DNA of 59,484 nucleotides, from positions 1 through 59,484 of the forward strand of contig JANQGO010000221.1 in NCBI GenBank assembly GCA_028277285.1. Direction: 5' to 3'. A program made the position numbers and the translations under genes. Below the pieces are notes generated by a model, which saw only the letters and a list, made by a program, of their open reading frames with translations, was not told the DNA's origin and did not search any database. This DNA is from Alphaproteobacteria bacterium. Its GTDB lineage: Bacteria > Pseudomonadota > Alphaproteobacteria > SP197. This document shows, piece after piece, positions 1 to 10,828 of this stretch. Position 1 is the first letter of the stretch, and each line of letters opens with the position of its first letter.

Positions 1-308
1 GCGATGACAAGCGGCGCGGTTTCGGAGACGAACGAGTTGGGCACCGGTTTCCACGACGGCCCGGCCGCCGCCACACAGGTAAGCCGGAGACATGCCGCCG
101 ACGTGCCGATGGGCAGCAACCGTCGCGCGTTCCGGCGGTTGACCGTCAGGTGGCGCGCCAGGTGTGGTGCGATCTGCGCCGTCCATGGCGGATCGGCCGT
201 CAACTGACGGCGCACGATCCACCACAGGACGAATGTCGCCGGTATGCCGAGGAGCCATAGCGGCCGCAAGAACCGAAAGGCGTCCAGCACGTCCATGATG
301 GCCGTCAT
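1..308 (-). CDS. VWA domain protein (BatB-like), truncated by the window edge
   Basis: The minus strand from ATG at 308 reads MTAIMDVLDAFRFLRPLWLLGIP..., with the F.RP.WL start typical of Bat-type VWA membrane proteins. It has an ATGA overlap with the upstream VWA gene, and the frame stays open to the window start. Confidence 0.7.
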   Translation of the reverse strand, partial: MTAIMDVLDAFRFLRPLWLLGIPATFVLWWIVRRQLTADPPWTAQIAPHLARHLTVNRRNARRLLPIGTSAACLRLTCVAAAGPSWKPVPNSFVSETAPLVI

Positions 309-1288
309 GCCGCGACCTTCCGCCGTGGCCAGAGCGTGAGCCCCGCCAAGGTCACGAACACAAGCACAAAGGCCGCCATCAGCGGCACATGGATCAGGGA
401 CTGGCGCGGCCGGTACGAGACGGTCTTGACGATCTGGGGTTCCAGGCTGTCGATCTCGGCATACACGGCCTCCAAGCCGTCGATATCGTCGGCCTGGAAG
501 AAAAGCCCGTCCGCTTTGTCGGCAATCTGACGCAGGGCGTCGTAATCGACCCGGTTCTCGCCCGCGGCGTTGGGGTCGCCGACGCCGATGGCGATGATCT
601 TGACGCCGTTCTGCGCGGCGATGTCGGCCGCGTTCAACGGCGTCATGCGGCTGTTCGTGTCGGCGCCGTCGGTCAGGAGGACCAGAAGCCGTTCCTCGAC
701 CTCGCTCGCCTCAAACGTCTGGATCGCCAGACCGATGGCATCGCCGATCGCGGTGTGCGGCCCCGCCATGGCGACCTCCGTCGCGTCGAGCAGGGCCCGG
801 GCGGTCGTCAAGTCGCGCGTGAACGGTGCCTGGATATAGGCGCGCGTGCCGAAGACGATCAGGCCGATCCGGTCGCCCTCGCGCCGGTCGATGAAGTCGC
901 CGACCACCTGTTTGACCGCATCGACACGCGAGATCGGATCGGCGCCTTGTGGAGCGAAGTCGCGCTGGTCCATGGATTGCGAGAGGTCGACGGCAAGGAT
1001 CAGATCGCGCGCCGTCTCGGTACGTTCGATTGGCTCGCCGGCCCATTGCGGACCGGCGAGCGCGATGACCAGAAGCAGCCAAGTGGTACTTGCCGCGATC
1101 ATCTGAACCGCGCGGCGGCGAAGGATCGCGGAGCCCTTGCGCGGCGTGATGCCTGTCGCGTCGACCACGGTGTCGAAAAACGGGACGCGGATCGCTGAGG
1201 TGGTCTCGCGTCGCGGCGGTGCCAGCCACCAGACAAGCAGCGGCAGGGGCGCGATCAGGAAGGCCCAGAGATGGTCAAACTCCAGCAT
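305..1288 (-). CDS. VWA domain protein (BatA-like)
   Basis: MIDAS motif DLSQSM, GDRIGLIVFG, TAIGDAIG and LLTDG; N- and C-terminal hydrophobic helices. Confidence 0.9.
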   Translation of the reverse strand: MLEFDHLWAFLIAPLPLLVWWLAPPRRETTSAIRVPFFDTVVDATGITPRKGSAILRRRAVQMIAASTTWLLLVIALAGPQWAGEPIERTETARDLILAVDLSQSMDQRDFAPQGADPISRVDAVKQVVGDFIDRREGDRIGLIVFGTRAYIQAPFTRDLTTARALLDATEVAMAGPHTAIGDAIGLAIQTFEASEVEERLLVLLTDGADTNSRMTPLNAADIAAQNGVKIIAIGVGDPNAAGENRVDYDALRQIADKADGLFFQADDIDGLEAVYAEIDSLEPQIVKTVSYRPRQSLIHVPLMAAFVLVFVTLAGLTLWPRRKVAA

Positions 1289-1778
1289 GATGGGCCCTGA
1301 TCCAGTGACGCGCCGTATTGATCAACGCGTTGTTGTCGGTGTCGTTCGCGGTCGTCTTGTAGGGTGCTGAGACCAGCAAGCGGCCGGGCCCGTCGCTGAA
1401 ACCGCGGCCATCGCTGCTCTGGACCAGGAAAGCAAGCCATGCGTCGCCGGTCAGCGAGGCAACGCGACGCCGGTCAAAGCGGGTCAGCGCCGTGCGTCGC
1501 AGGAGCTCGGCGACGCGCAAGGGCAAGTGGGGACCGGCCTCTGCCTGGATACGGTCGAGTTCGGCAAGCGCTTCGCGCCGGTACCGGTTCTGCTGCCGCC
1601 GCCGCAGCCAGCGCCAAGCGGCCAGGGCGGCCAGCAACACCACGATGAGCCCCAGCACCGCCCATGCGGTTGTCTGGGGCATCCACGCCACGGGCTCCGG
1701 CTCGACGACTGGGTTCATCCGGTCGAGCAGTTCGGTCAGCGACAGGCCTTCGAGGCTATCGGTCGCCTGATCGCTCAT
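1275..1778 (-). CDS. DUF4381-like membrane protein
   Basis: Start MSDQATD at 1778 (ATGA overlap with the DUF58 stop). Has P.PV.W.P...W, one TM helix and NRYRREAL, at the usual position in MoxR/Bat operons. Confidence 0.75.
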   Translation of the reverse strand: MSDQATDSLEGLSLTELLDRMNPVVEPEPVAWMPQTTAWAVLGLIVVLLAALAAWRWLRRRQQNRYRREALAELDRIQAEAGPHLPLRVAELLRRTALTRFDRRRVASLTGDAWLAFLVQSSDGRGFSDGPGRLLVSAPYKTTANDTDNNALINTARHWIRAHHAGV

Positions 1779-2737
1779 CGGATCGTCGTCGGCGCCACGG
1801 CGCGGCCCATCAGCCGCCGGATCTGACCGACGGTCTCCTCGCTGCTCGTCAGCGGCAGAACCGGGATGCCCAGCTCGCGTTCCCACGCCAAGATCTGCTG
1901 CACGCGTCCGGCGGCGACCTGATGGAGCGACTGGTGGACGTTGCCGTCTCGCGTGTCGATTTCCGCTTGGAGGTCGCCGTCGCTGACCACAAGCCGCAGA
2001 TCACGCGGCAACTCCTGCGCCATCGGATCGGTGACGACGATCAGGATCAGGTTGTTGTGGCGGGCGAGGCCGGACAGCACCCGACGGGTATTGGCGCCGA
2101 TGCCGTCGAAGTCGCTGAACACGAGGATTGTGTGATCGTGACGCGCGATGCGCGCGGCGGCTTCCAGCGGTCGGTCGATCGGCATCGGGTTGGCAACCGG
2201 CGGCAGATCGGCACGGAGCGCGCGGTTGCCGTTGACGATCGCTTTCAAGACCCCGTTCAGCGCGCGTTGGGAGCGCTGCGGTCGGATCTCCACCATGTCG
2301 CGGTCGCCAAACACGATCCCGCCGACGCGATCGCCGGCGCGAAGGATGGCGAAACCGGCCATTGCCGCGGCTTCGGCCGCTGTCACCGACTTCAAGTTCA
2401 ACACCGACCCGAAAAACATCGACATCCGCTGATCGACAACGACCAGAGCAGGCCGGTCGCGCTCTTCGGTATAGACGCGAATGTGGGGTTCGCCGAGGCG
2501 CGCCGTCACCTTCCAGTCGATCGTGCGAATGTCATCGCCGGGCAGGTAGTTGCGGATCTCCTCGAAGTTGAGGCCTCTGCCGCGCAGTTTTGAAGCATGG
2601 CGACCGCTCAAGACGCTGCGGGACGGCTGGCGCGGCAGAAAACTGAGCTGTCGCGCCTTCCCCTCCAACCGCCTCAGGCTTTCGAGGCTGACATAAGCGC
2701 CCTGGCCGTCGTCGGGGGTAGGAGTTGCGTCGGCCAT
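1775..2737 (-). CDS. DUF58 domain protein
   Basis: RGRGLNFEEIRNYLPGDDIRTIDWKVTAR signature, followed by VDQRMSMFFGS. Confidence 0.9.
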   Translation of the reverse strand: MADATPTPDDGQGAYVSLESLRRLEGKARQLSFLPRQPSRSVLSGRHASKLRGRGLNFEEIRNYLPGDDIRTIDWKVTARLGEPHIRVYTEERDRPALVVVDQRMSMFFGSVLNLKSVTAAEAAAMAGFAILRAGDRVGGIVFGDRDMVEIRPQRSQRALNGVLKAIVNGNRALRADLPPVANPMPIDRPLEAAARIARHDHTILVFSDFDGIGANTRRVLSGLARHNNLILIVVTDPMAQELPRDLRLVVSDGDLQAEIDTRDGNVHQSLHQVAAGRVQQILAWERELGIPVLPLTSSEETVGQIRRLMGRAVAPTTIR

Positions 2738-2744
2738 CGCGGAG

Positions 2745-3761
2745 CTAGGGCAGGGCGACCTGGACGATGATGTCGTCGATCACGCGGTCGGTGGTCATGC
2801 CCTCGCCCTGCGCTTCATAGGTCAGCGCGATGCGATGGCGCAGCACGTCGTGCATGATGGCGCGTACATCGTCGGGACCCACGAAGTCATGCCCCTTGAG
2901 CCAAGCAAAGGCGCGGCTTGCCCGGTCGAGCGATAGCGACGCGCGCGGACTGGCGCCGACCTCGATCCAGCGGGCGAGATCCTCGCTGTAACGGCGGGGG
3001 TCGCGGGTCGCCCAGACGATATCGACGATGTACTGCTTGATGGCGTCGGAGACATGTAGCCCGGCGATGTCCCGGCGGGCGGCGAAGACCGCATCCTGCG
3101 GGATCGGTTCAAGGGTCGTCGCCGGTTTCTGCTGATCGTCATCATCGCCGCCACGATCAGCGGCGAGACCTGCCGCGTGCCGCTCTTCGCCGCGCACCAG
3201 CTCGATCACGTCGCCCTCCTCGGCGGGCAAGGGATAGGTGATCAGGACTTTCATCAGGAACCGGTCCATCTGCGCTTCGGGCAGGGGATAGGTGCCTTCC
3301 TACTCGATGGGGTTCTGTGTCGCCATGACCATGAACAGCGGCGGCAAGGCATGGGTCGTTCCGGCGACGGTAACCTGCCGTTCTTCCATCGCCTCCAACA
3401 AAGCGGCCTGAACCTTGGCGGGCGCGCGGTTGATCTCATCGGCGAGCACGATGTTGGCGAAGATGGGGCCGGGCTCGAACCGGAACTCACCCTTGCCGCC
3501 GGCGGCATAGTAAACCTCGGTGCCGGTCACGTCCGACGGCAGCAGGTCCGGTGTGAACTGGATCCGGTTGAAGGCGGCGTCCATGTTGATCGCCAGCGCC
3601 TTGATCGCCCGCGTCTTCGCGAGGCCCGGCAGGCCTTCGACGAGCAGGTTGCCGTTCGCCAGAATGCCGACCACCAGGCGTTCGACCACATCGGTTTGTC
3701 CGATGATTGCGCGGCCCATGCGCGCCACAAGGTCGTTGATCTGGTCGCGTGCGTTGTCCAT
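2745..3761 (-). pseudogene. moxR: MoxR family AAA+ ATPase interrupted by an in-frame TAG (3300-3302)
   Basis: Walker A GLPGLAKT, RIQFTPDLLPSD and [41 protein letters not shown] continues in the same frame through the TAG to GASPRA. Confidence 0.85.
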
Positions 3762-3842
3762 GGCCCTGTCGTCCGTCAAGTCATCGCCGTCGCCGCTGCC
3801 GCCCGAGCCTCTCGACCAAGCCGTGTCCGAGCATCGGGCTGC

Positions 3843-3875
3843 GCCCCGATCATCCGGTCAGGGATGGATCGGGGC
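3843..3875. terminator. GC-rich hairpin between the sulfatase and moxR
   Basis: GCCCCGATC...GATCGGGGC inverted repeat. There is no U-tract, so the function is uncertain. Confidence 0.3.
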
Positions 3876-3907
3876 ATAACCGGCCAACATGGTCGACGGT
3901 AGACGCC

Positions 3908-5458
3908 CTATTGCGCCGTGCCGCGCGCCATTTGCTCCATGACCTGATCGATCGTGAAGCTGGCCGGCGTCTGGCGCGGCGGGAACTCCTGGAACGTCGC
4001 CAGGAAGTTGCCGACGATCACCTGGGCCGGCACGAATACAAAGGCCCGGCGCACGAGCCAGTCGTCATAGTATGACGACACGTGGTCGGCCAGTTCGAAG
4101 GGATCCGAACGCAGATTGAAGAGTTTGGGCAGCCTCAAGAAGATGAACGGCTCGCCCCAAACGTCGAAACCTTCGGCGCGCTGTTCGGCGAACACGACCT
4201 TCCAATCCTCATAACGCAGGCACAGCAGATCGCCGGTATCGGAGAAATAGAAGAACTCCTTGCGCGGACTCTCGTCGACCTCGCCCTTGAAGTAGGGCAG
4301 GAAGTTGTAGCCGTCGAGATGAACCTTGAACGTCTTGTCGCCGGCCGTGTAACCGGTCAGCAATTGCTCTTTCAGATCCGGAATGCCAACCGCCGCGGCG
4401 ATCGTGGGCATCCAGTCCAGATGCGAGATGATGTCGTTCGACACCGTGCCCGGCTCGATCACGCCCGGCCACTTGACGAGCAACGGCACGCGATAGCCGC
4501 CTTCCCAGTTCTCGTTCTTCTCGCCGCGAAACGGCGTCGTGCCGCCATCGGGCCACGAAAAAACCTCCGCGCCGTTATCGGTCGAGTACATCACCATCGT
4601 GTTGTCGGCGATGCCCAACGCGTCGACCTTGTCGAGCAGCTGACCGACGTGACCGTCATGCTCGACCATGCCGTCGGCGTAGATGCCGTACCCCGTAACG
4701 CCTTGGCTCTCCGGTTTCAGATGCGTGAAGATGTGCATCCGCGTGGAGTTGAACCAAAGAAAGAAAGGCTTCTGTTGGTCGTTGGCACGATCGAGAAAAT
4801 CCAAGGCCGCGGCCAGGAACTCTTCATCCACGGTCTCCATGCGGTTCGATGTTAGGGGACCGGTGTCCTGAATCTCGCCGTCGGCCGAGGCCTTGAGGAC
4901 GCCGCGCGGTCCGAAGTTTTCGGCGAACTCCGGGTTCTGCGGGTAGTCGATGTTCTCCGGTTCTTCCTCGGCATTCAAATGGTAGAGGTTGCCGAAGAAC
5001 TCGTCGAAACCATGGTTGGTCGGCAGCATTTCATCGCGGTCGCCCAGATGGTTCTTGCCGAACTGGCCGGTCATGTAACCCAGCGGCTTCAGGATCTCCG
5101 CGATGGTCGGATCCTCGGGCTGCAGGCCGGGCTCGGAACCGGGCAGGCCGACCTTCGTCAGACCGGTGCGGAATGGCGACTGGCCCGTGATGAAGGCTGC
5201 ACGCCCCGCCGTGCATGATTGTTCGCCATAGTTGTCGGTGAACAACATGCCTTCATTGGCGATGCGGTCGATGTTGGGCGTTGAGTAACCCATGATGCCG
5301 TTGTTGTAGGCCGAGATATTGAACCAGCCGATATCATCGCCCCAGATGATGAGAAAGTTCGGCTTATCCTCTTGCGCGCTCGTTGGCTGCGCGATTGCAA
5401 TGGCGGCAATTGTCACAAGTAGTGACAGCGCCCTGGTCTTCCACCTTGATGACAACAC
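3908..5458 (-). CDS. Arylsulfatase (formylglycine-dependent, Cys type), secreted
   Basis: KPNFLIIWGDDIG, SCTAGRAAFITG, GKNHLG, STDNG and EGGYRVP motifs; N-terminal signal peptide. Start placed at GTG 5458 after AGGGGG. Confidence 0.9.
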   Translation of the reverse strand: MLSSRWKTRALSLLVTIAAIAIAQPTSAQEDKPNFLIIWGDDIGWFNISAYNNGIMGYSTPNIDRIANEGMLFTDNYGEQSCTAGRAAFITGQSPFRTGLTKVGLPGSEPGLQPEDPTIAEILKPLGYMTGQFGKNHLGDRDEMLPTNHGFDEFFGNLYHLNAEEEPENIDYPQNPEFAENFGPRGVLKASADGEIQDTGPLTSNRMETVDEEFLAAALDFLDRANDQQKPFFLWFNSTRMHIFTHLKPESQGVTGYGIYADGMVEHDGHVGQLLDKVDALGIADNTMVMYSTDNGAEVFSWPDGGTTPFRGEKNENWEGGYRVPLLVKWPGVIEPGTVSNDIISHLDWMPTIAAAVGIPDLKEQLLTGYTAGDKTFKVHLDGYNFLPYFKGEVDESPRKEFFYFSDTGDLLCLRYEDWKVVFAEQRAEGFDVWGEPFIFLRLPKLFNLRSDPFELADHVSSYYDDWLVRRAFVFVPAQVIVGNFLATFQEFPPRQTPASFTIDQVMEQMARGTAQ

Positions 5459-5795
5459 AACATCCCCCCTGATGTTGACTAGCATTCGCAACAACACTGT
5501 TGCAGGTCAGGAAACAAAAACGAATCAGTTTACATTTTTTTCATTATGTCCCTCTGTCCGTAACTAATCACTTCATCGGAAAGGACGCAATCGGCAAACC
5601 GCTTTGATCGCGACGCCGATCTGTGCCGCAACGTTCAACTGCGGCGCGCAAAACGCCGTGCGTCTTTCGTCTTGTCGCGCAAAGCACTGCCTGTAAGCAT
5701 CATCACAACGCTGGGGGAACAGGTCCGCAAGGCCTGCGGCGCAACCAATCAATAACGACCGCCAATCAGGTTGGGACTAAGAAGGGGGCAGCGTT

Positions 5796-6632
5796 ATGGT
5801 TCGTTGGTTCATCACCGGCACGATGCTTACGGCTTTGTCGTTGGCAGCGGTGCTGGTTGCCGTACCGGCACGCGCTCAAGATGAGACCGCGAACACCGGT
5901 CGGGACGACTGGCAGTTCGATGCCAGTGCCTATCTGTTTGCGAGCGCGATAACAGGCGATGTCGGCGTGGGACCCGTCACGACCGATGTCGATGTCAGCT
6001 TCGGCGACATCCTCGAAAACCTCGAGGGCGGCATCATGGGATACGGTCAGGCCAGGAGGGGACCGTGGTCCCTCATTCTTGATGCCGCCTACCTTAGGGT
6101 CACGGCCGACAACGAGCTGGCCTCGGCGGGCGGTCCCCTAAGCGTCAACCTTGATGTCGACCTGAAGCAGACCATCCTCGCCGGCTATGGTGGTTATCGC
6201 GTTTACGATCGTCCTTGGAGCGCGAACGCCCGGGACGGCATCGGCGTCGCGGTCGACCTGCTTGGCGGCGCGCGCTACAACCGCGTCGTCACGGAACTGG
6301 ATGCGCGCGCAGCGATCCTGGGACTGACGACATCGGCGCAAAGGGACCGGACCGTTGACTGGGTCGATCCTGTTGTGGGCGTTCGTGCCGTCATCGTGCC
6401 GGCGCGCCAATGGCGGGTGACGTTGTGGGGCGATTACGGCGGCTTTGATGTCGGCGCTGACTCGACCTGGCAGTTGATCGGTCTCGTCGGCTATACGTTC
6501 GACAACGGCGTTGATCTGTTCGGGGGCTATCGCGCCTACGCGTTCGACTATAGCGAGGGCAGCGGCAGCTCCAGGTTGGATCTGGACCTCACGTATGCCG
6601 GTCCCTTGGTCGGCGTCGGGTTCCGGTTCTAA
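5796..6632 (+). CDS. Putative outer-membrane beta-barrel protein
   Basis: Signal peptide (ARA-Q), amphipathic strands, DWVDPVVG and GDYGGF, and a C-terminal Phe (GVGFRF). Confidence 0.7.
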   Translation: MVRWFITGTMLTALSLAAVLVAVPARAQDETANTGRDDWQFDASAYLFASAITGDVGVGPVTTDVDVSFGDILENLEGGIMGYGQARRGPWSLILDAAYLRVTADNELASAGGPLSVNLDVDLKQTILAGYGGYRVYDRPWSANARDGIGVAVDLLGGARYNRVVTELDARAAILGLTTSAQRDRTVDWVDPVVGVRAVIVPARQWRVTLWGDYGGFDVGADSTWQLIGLVGYTFDNGVDLFGGYRAYAFDYSEGSGSSRLDLDLTYAGPLVGVGFRF

Positions 6633-6926
6633 GCGCCCGCTCGAAACGCTTCGGCGATCCCGGCCAGAGAGCGCTGCTCTCCGACGACATGCTGGAAGCC
6701 GAACACTACAGCCTCACGATGGGTGGCTGCGGCACATCCGATGCCGCGCCGGGTGACTGTGCCGAGGGGCTTGTCGCGGAAGCCCGTGCAACGACGACAC
6801 AAGGCTATCTAACGCGTAAGGTCGAAAATGCATGGTCACGCTGATTGGCTGCGACGCTAAGATCGATCAGCCTGTCTCGGTCGTGTTGAGAGAGTTTCAG
6901 TCCGCTTTCATCGGGATGATCAATCC

Positions 6927-8093
6927 ATGACACTCGAGCTAACAGACACGCAGGCCATGATTGGCGATCTGACCGAGAAGGTCTGCGCTGATTTTGACGA
7001 TGCGTTCTGGCGCGAACGTGACGAGACCGGGACGTTCCCGGAGGCGTTCTATCGCGCGGTGGCCGCGGCCGGGCTCCTGGGTGTGGCGATGCCCGACCGG
7101 TTTGGCGGCTCGGGGCTCGGGATATCAGAAGCGGCCGTAATGATGGAGGCTATCGCCCGGTCCGGCGCCGGCATGGCCGGCGCATCGTCGGTCCACATGA
7201 ACATCTTCGGTCTTCAGCCCGTCGTGGTGTTCGGCACCGACGCGCAGAAGGCCCGCATGTTGCCGCCACTGATCACAGGGCAAGAGAAGGCGTGCTTCGC
7301 GGTCACCGAACCGGACGCAGGCCTGAACACCACGCAGATCAAGACGTTCGCCCGGAAGGAAGGCGATACCTATCTCCTCAAGGGCCAGAAAATCTGGATC
7401 TCGACAGCGCAGGTCGCGGACCGCGCCCTGATCCTGGCGCGCACGACACACCTGGACGATGTCCGGAAGAAGACCGAGGGTCTTAGTCTCTTCTATACGC
7501 GCCTCGACCGCGACCACGTGACGGCGACCGAGATCCCGAAGCTGGGCCGCCATGCGGTCGATTCCAATGTCGTCTTCTTCGATGACCTGCCGATCCATGA
7601 AGACGACCTGATCGGCAGAGAGGGCGACGGTTTTTCCATGATCCTCCACGGCCTCAATCCGGAGCGCATTCTCATCGCCGCCGAAGCCGTCGGTCTGGGA
7701 CGGGCGGCGCTCCATGCGGCAGCCGAATATGCGAAGCAGCGCGTCGTCTTCGACCGCGCGATCGGCATGAACCAGGGTATCCAGCATCCGCTGGCGCATT
7801 GCTGGATGAACCTTGAGGCCGCCTTCCTGATGACCCTGCAGGCCGCGGCCCTCTACGATGCCGGCAAGCCCTGCGGCGCCGAGGCGAACAGCGCGAAGTA
7901 CCTGGCGGCGGAGGCGTCTTTCAGGGCGTGCGAAACCGCGATCCAGACGCTGGGCGGCATGGGGTATGCGCGGGAATACAATGTCGAGCGGTATCTGCGT
8001 GAATCGCTGATCCCCCGCATTGCGCCGGTCAGCCCCCAGATGATCCTGAACTTCATAGCCGAGAAGATCCTCGGTCTGCCGCGGTCCTATTGA
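6927..8093 (+). CDS. Acyl-CoA dehydrogenase family protein
   Basis: CFAVTEPDAG, GQKIWIS, LNPERI and QTLGGMGYAREYNVERY. Confidence 0.92.
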   Translation: MTLELTDTQAMIGDLTEKVCADFDDAFWRERDETGTFPEAFYRAVAAAGLLGVAMPDRFGGSGLGISEAAVMMEAIARSGAGMAGASSVHMNIFGLQPVVVFGTDAQKARMLPPLITGQEKACFAVTEPDAGLNTTQIKTFARKEGDTYLLKGQKIWISTAQVADRALILARTTHLDDVRKKTEGLSLFYTRLDRDHVTATEIPKLGRHAVDSNVVFFDDLPIHEDDLIGREGDGFSMILHGLNPERILIAAEAVGLGRAALHAAAEYAKQRVVFDRAIGMNQGIQHPLAHCWMNLEAAFLMTLQAAALYDAGKPCGAEANSAKYLAAEASFRACETAIQTLGGMGYAREYNVERYLRESLIPRIAPVSPQMILNFIAEKILGLPRSY

Positions 8094-8176
8094 TCATGAC
8101 GGTGAGCGGCCAGCAGGCCGCCTTGTCGGCACTGAAGGTGATCGATCGATCTCACCCGTACCTGCCGCAGTGCGGG

Positions 8177-8539
8177 TTATGGCGTGGGCTTCTCCGGCTT
8201 TTCGCCGCCGTTCTCCCGGTTGGCGCCCGCTAGTTCATCGATGGCCATGCCTTTCCACAAGGGCACGCCGGTGCGGTAGGCGGCACGTGCGATCATGTGG
8301 GCGGCGACGGGGGCGGTCAGCAGCAGGAAGACGATGGCGGCGATGGCACGCGCAACGATGCCGGTATCGCCAAAGTGGACGGCGACGGCGACCAGGATCA
8401 GGCCGCAGCCCAGCGTTCCCGCCTTGGTCGAGGCGTGCATGCGGATCAGGACGTCCGGCAAGCGCAACACGCCAAGCGCTGCTGCGAAAGCGAAGAGGCC
8501 GCCCAAGACAACCAGCACCGATGTGATGATGTCGATCAT
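8177..8539 (-). CDS. mrpG: Mrp Na+/H+ antiporter subunit G
   Basis: LRLPD...RMHASTKAGTLG and TAPVAAH; last gene of the operon. Confidence 0.92.
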   Translation of the reverse strand: MIDIITSVLVVLGGLFAFAAALGVLRLPDVLIRMHASTKAGTLGCGLILVAVAVHFGDTGIVARAIAAIVFLLLTAPVAAHMIARAAYRTGVPLWKGMAIDELAGANRENGGEKPEKPTP

Positions 8540-8850
8540 CGCTGTTCGCCCGCGTGGTCGGGAGGCGTGTCCTCGCGGAAGCGTCGTCGTTCGGCGAAGC
8601 GGGCGAAGGCGACCGTGGCGAGAAACGCGATCAGGGCGAGCGCAATGGCGACGTCGAGATAGGCGGGTTCGCCCGACGCAATCGCGAAGAGCGCGCTGAA
8701 CGCCACCGCCAGGACGGTCACCAGGTCAAGCGCGACGACACGATCGGGCAGGCTGGGCCCGCGCGCCAGACGCAGGACCGCCAGCACGATCGCGGAGATC
8801 AGAAGGGCAAAGGCGATATCTGTTGCCGTGGTCAGAATGGGCGAGGTCAT
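8536..8850 (-). CDS. mrpF: Mrp antiporter subunit F
   Basis: RLARGPSLPDRVVALD and three TM helices. Confidence 0.92.
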   Translation of the reverse strand: MTSPILTTATDIAFALLISAIVLAVLRLARGPSLPDRVVALDLVTVLAVAFSALFAIASGEPAYLDVAIALALIAFLATVAFARFAERRRFREDTPPDHAGEQR

Positions 8851-8855
8851 GATGT

Positions 8856-9329
8856 CTACTCCAGGGCCTCCAGCACACGCCGCTCGATGCCTTGCTTGAG
8901 CTCGTCACGCAGGGCTTGCGGGTCATCGACGAACATGGCGTGGACATAGATGGTCTTGCAGTCCGGTGAGATGTCCAGGCACAGGCTTCCGGGCGTCAGG
9001 GATATCAGGTTCGCGATCATCAGGATTTCGCCGTCCCGCGTGGCGTCGAGCGGTAGCGCGATGATGCCTGGCCGGCTTCGATGAGACGGTGTCAGGACGT
9101 CCCACACCACGCGCAAGCTGGAGACGAAAAGCTCATAGACGAAAAAGAGGGCAAGCCGGATGACCCGCCACACACGTTCGAAATAGCCGGTTTCACCGAA
9201 CAACGGCCGGGCAACCCAAAGCGCGAGATAACCGACGACATAGCCGATGACCAGATTGGACAGCGTGAAGCTGCCGGTGAGTGCCGCCCACCCAAGCGCA
9301 AGCGCGGCATTCAGCGCGAAGAGGTTCAT
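8856..9329 (-). CDS. mrpE: Mrp antiporter subunit E
   Basis: [10 protein letters not shown] and IYVHAM. Confidence 0.92.
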   Translation of the reverse strand: MNLFALNAALALGWAALTGSFTLSNLVIGYVVGYLALWVARPLFGETGYFERVWRVIRLALFFVYELFVSSLRVVWDVLTPSHRSRPGIIALPLDATRDGEILMIANLISLTPGSLCLDISPDCKTIYVHAMFVDDPQALRDELKQGIERRVLEALE

Positions 9330-10828
9330 GATGCGCTCCCCAGCACAGCACGGACATACGCGTCGGGGTTCAGCAATTGGTCCGCGGCGCGTTCGGCGAA
9401 GGCAACGAACGGTTCGGGGAAGAAACCGATGACAAGTGTCAGCGTCGCAAGCGTGGCGATCGGCGCCAGCAGCCTGATACGGTCGCCGACGGTGAGCATG
9501 GAGAGTCGTGGCGACGCGCCGGCGGGAAGCGGCTTCCAGAACGCTTCAGCCCAGATTTTGGTCATCGAATAGACGGTCAGCAGCCCGACCACCAGGGCGG
9601 CGGCGGCGACGAGATAGGCGCCGATGTCCAGGCTCGCCTTGACCAGCAGAAACTTCGCCCAGAAACCGGAGAGCGGCGGAAAGCCGGCAAGCGACAAGGC
9701 GGGTATCAGGAACAGGAAGGCGAGCAGGGGGCTCGATTTGTAAAGGCCACCCATGCTGTCGAGATCGAACCCGTGCGTCAGCCGTTTGGCGACACCGCTG
9801 ACGAGAAACAGGTTGGCCTTCACGACAATGTGGTGAACCAGATAGAAGACGGCGCCGACCAGAGCAAGCGGCGTGAAGAGCGCCAGGCCAAGTATCATGT
9901 AGCCGATCTGACTGACGATGTGGAACGACAGGATCTTGCGGAACTCGCTTTGCGCCGCCGCGCCGAGGACGCCGGTGATCATGGTCAAGACGGCGACGAC
10001 CAGAAGCAGGTCGTGCGTGTAGTCGGTGTCGGTCGTGAACACCAGGGTGAACATGCGGATGAGCGCGTAGACGCCGACCTTGGTCAACAGGCCGGCAAAG
10101 ATCGCCGACACCGCCACGGGTGGCGTGTGATAGGACGCCGGCAGCCAAAAGAACAGCGGGAACACCGCGGCCTTGATGCCGAACGCCACAAGGAACAGAA
10201 CGGCGATGACGGTGACCAGACCCTGGTTCTCGACCGTGCCGATGGCGCCGTGCAGATCGGCCAGGTTCAGCGTGCCGGTGATGCCGTAGAGCAGGCCGAT
10301 ACCGGTCAGGAACATGGCGGTCGATACCAGGTTGAGCACGACATACTTGATGCCGCCGTCAAGCTGCGCCTTGTCGCCACCAAGCACCAGCAGGCCGAAC
10401 GAGGCGATCAGCATCACCTCGAACCAGACATAGAGGTTGAAAAGGTCGCCGGTCACGAACGCGCCGCAGACGCCGGCCAGCAAGACCTGAAACAGCGCGT
10501 GATAGCCGAGCGCTTCGCGCCGGGTGTCGATATCGGCCAGCGCATAAACCGCGACGGCGAGCCCGGTGATCGCGGTGATCAGGACCATCACCGCGCTCAA
10601 AAGATCGGCCACCAGGGTGATGCCGAACGGCGCCGGCCAGTTGCCCATTTGCGCGGCGATAACCCCGTCCTGCCAGACGACGATGAAGAGCGCAATCGCC
10701 GCGACCAAGAGCGCCAAACAGCCGCCGATGCTGAGCCAGCGCCCCGCCGCACCCCGGTCGCGGAACAGGAAGGCGAGAACAGCGGTCGCCAGCGGCAGCA
10801 TGATGGGCAGCGCGAGAAGCCAGCTCAT
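9326..10828 (-). CDS. mrpD: Mrp antiporter subunit D
   Basis: [32 protein letters not shown] and [13 protein letters not shown]. Confidence 0.93.
   Translation of the reverse strand: MSWLLALPIMLPLATAVLAFLFRDRGAAGRWLSIGGCLALLVAAIALFIVVWQDGVIAAQMGNWPAPFGITLVADLLSAVMVLITAITGLAVAVYALADIDTRREALGYHALFQVLLAGVCGAFVTGDLFNLYVWFEVMLIASFGLLVLGGDKAQLDGGIKYVVLNLVSTAMFLTGIGLLYGITGTLNLADLHGAIGTVENQGLVTVIAVLFLVAFGIKAAVFPLFFWLPASYHTPPVAVSAIFAGLLTKVGVYALIRMFTLVFTTDTDYTHDLLLVVAVLTMITGVLGAAAQSEFRKILSFHIVSQIGYMILGLALFTPLALVGAVFYLVHHIVVKANLFLVSGVAKRLTHGFDLDSMGGLYKSSPLLAFLFLIPALSLAGFPPLSGFWAKFLLVKASLDIGAYLVAAAALVVGLLTVYSMTKIWAEAFWKPLPAGASPRLSMLTVGDRIRLLAPIATLATLTLVIGFFPEPFVAFAERAADQLLNPDAYVRAVLGSAS

Noticed and set aside
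3300-3302. Pyrrolysine or genome-wide amber recoding, suggested by the in-frame TAG and a nearby MttB
   Set aside because: The MttB has no internal TAG, no pyl genes are visible, TAG terminates several other genes in the window, and the position is a conserved Gln one transition away.
5500-5580. AT-rich patch as a sign of foreign DNA
   Set aside because: It is short and lies in a divergent promoter region, which is normal.
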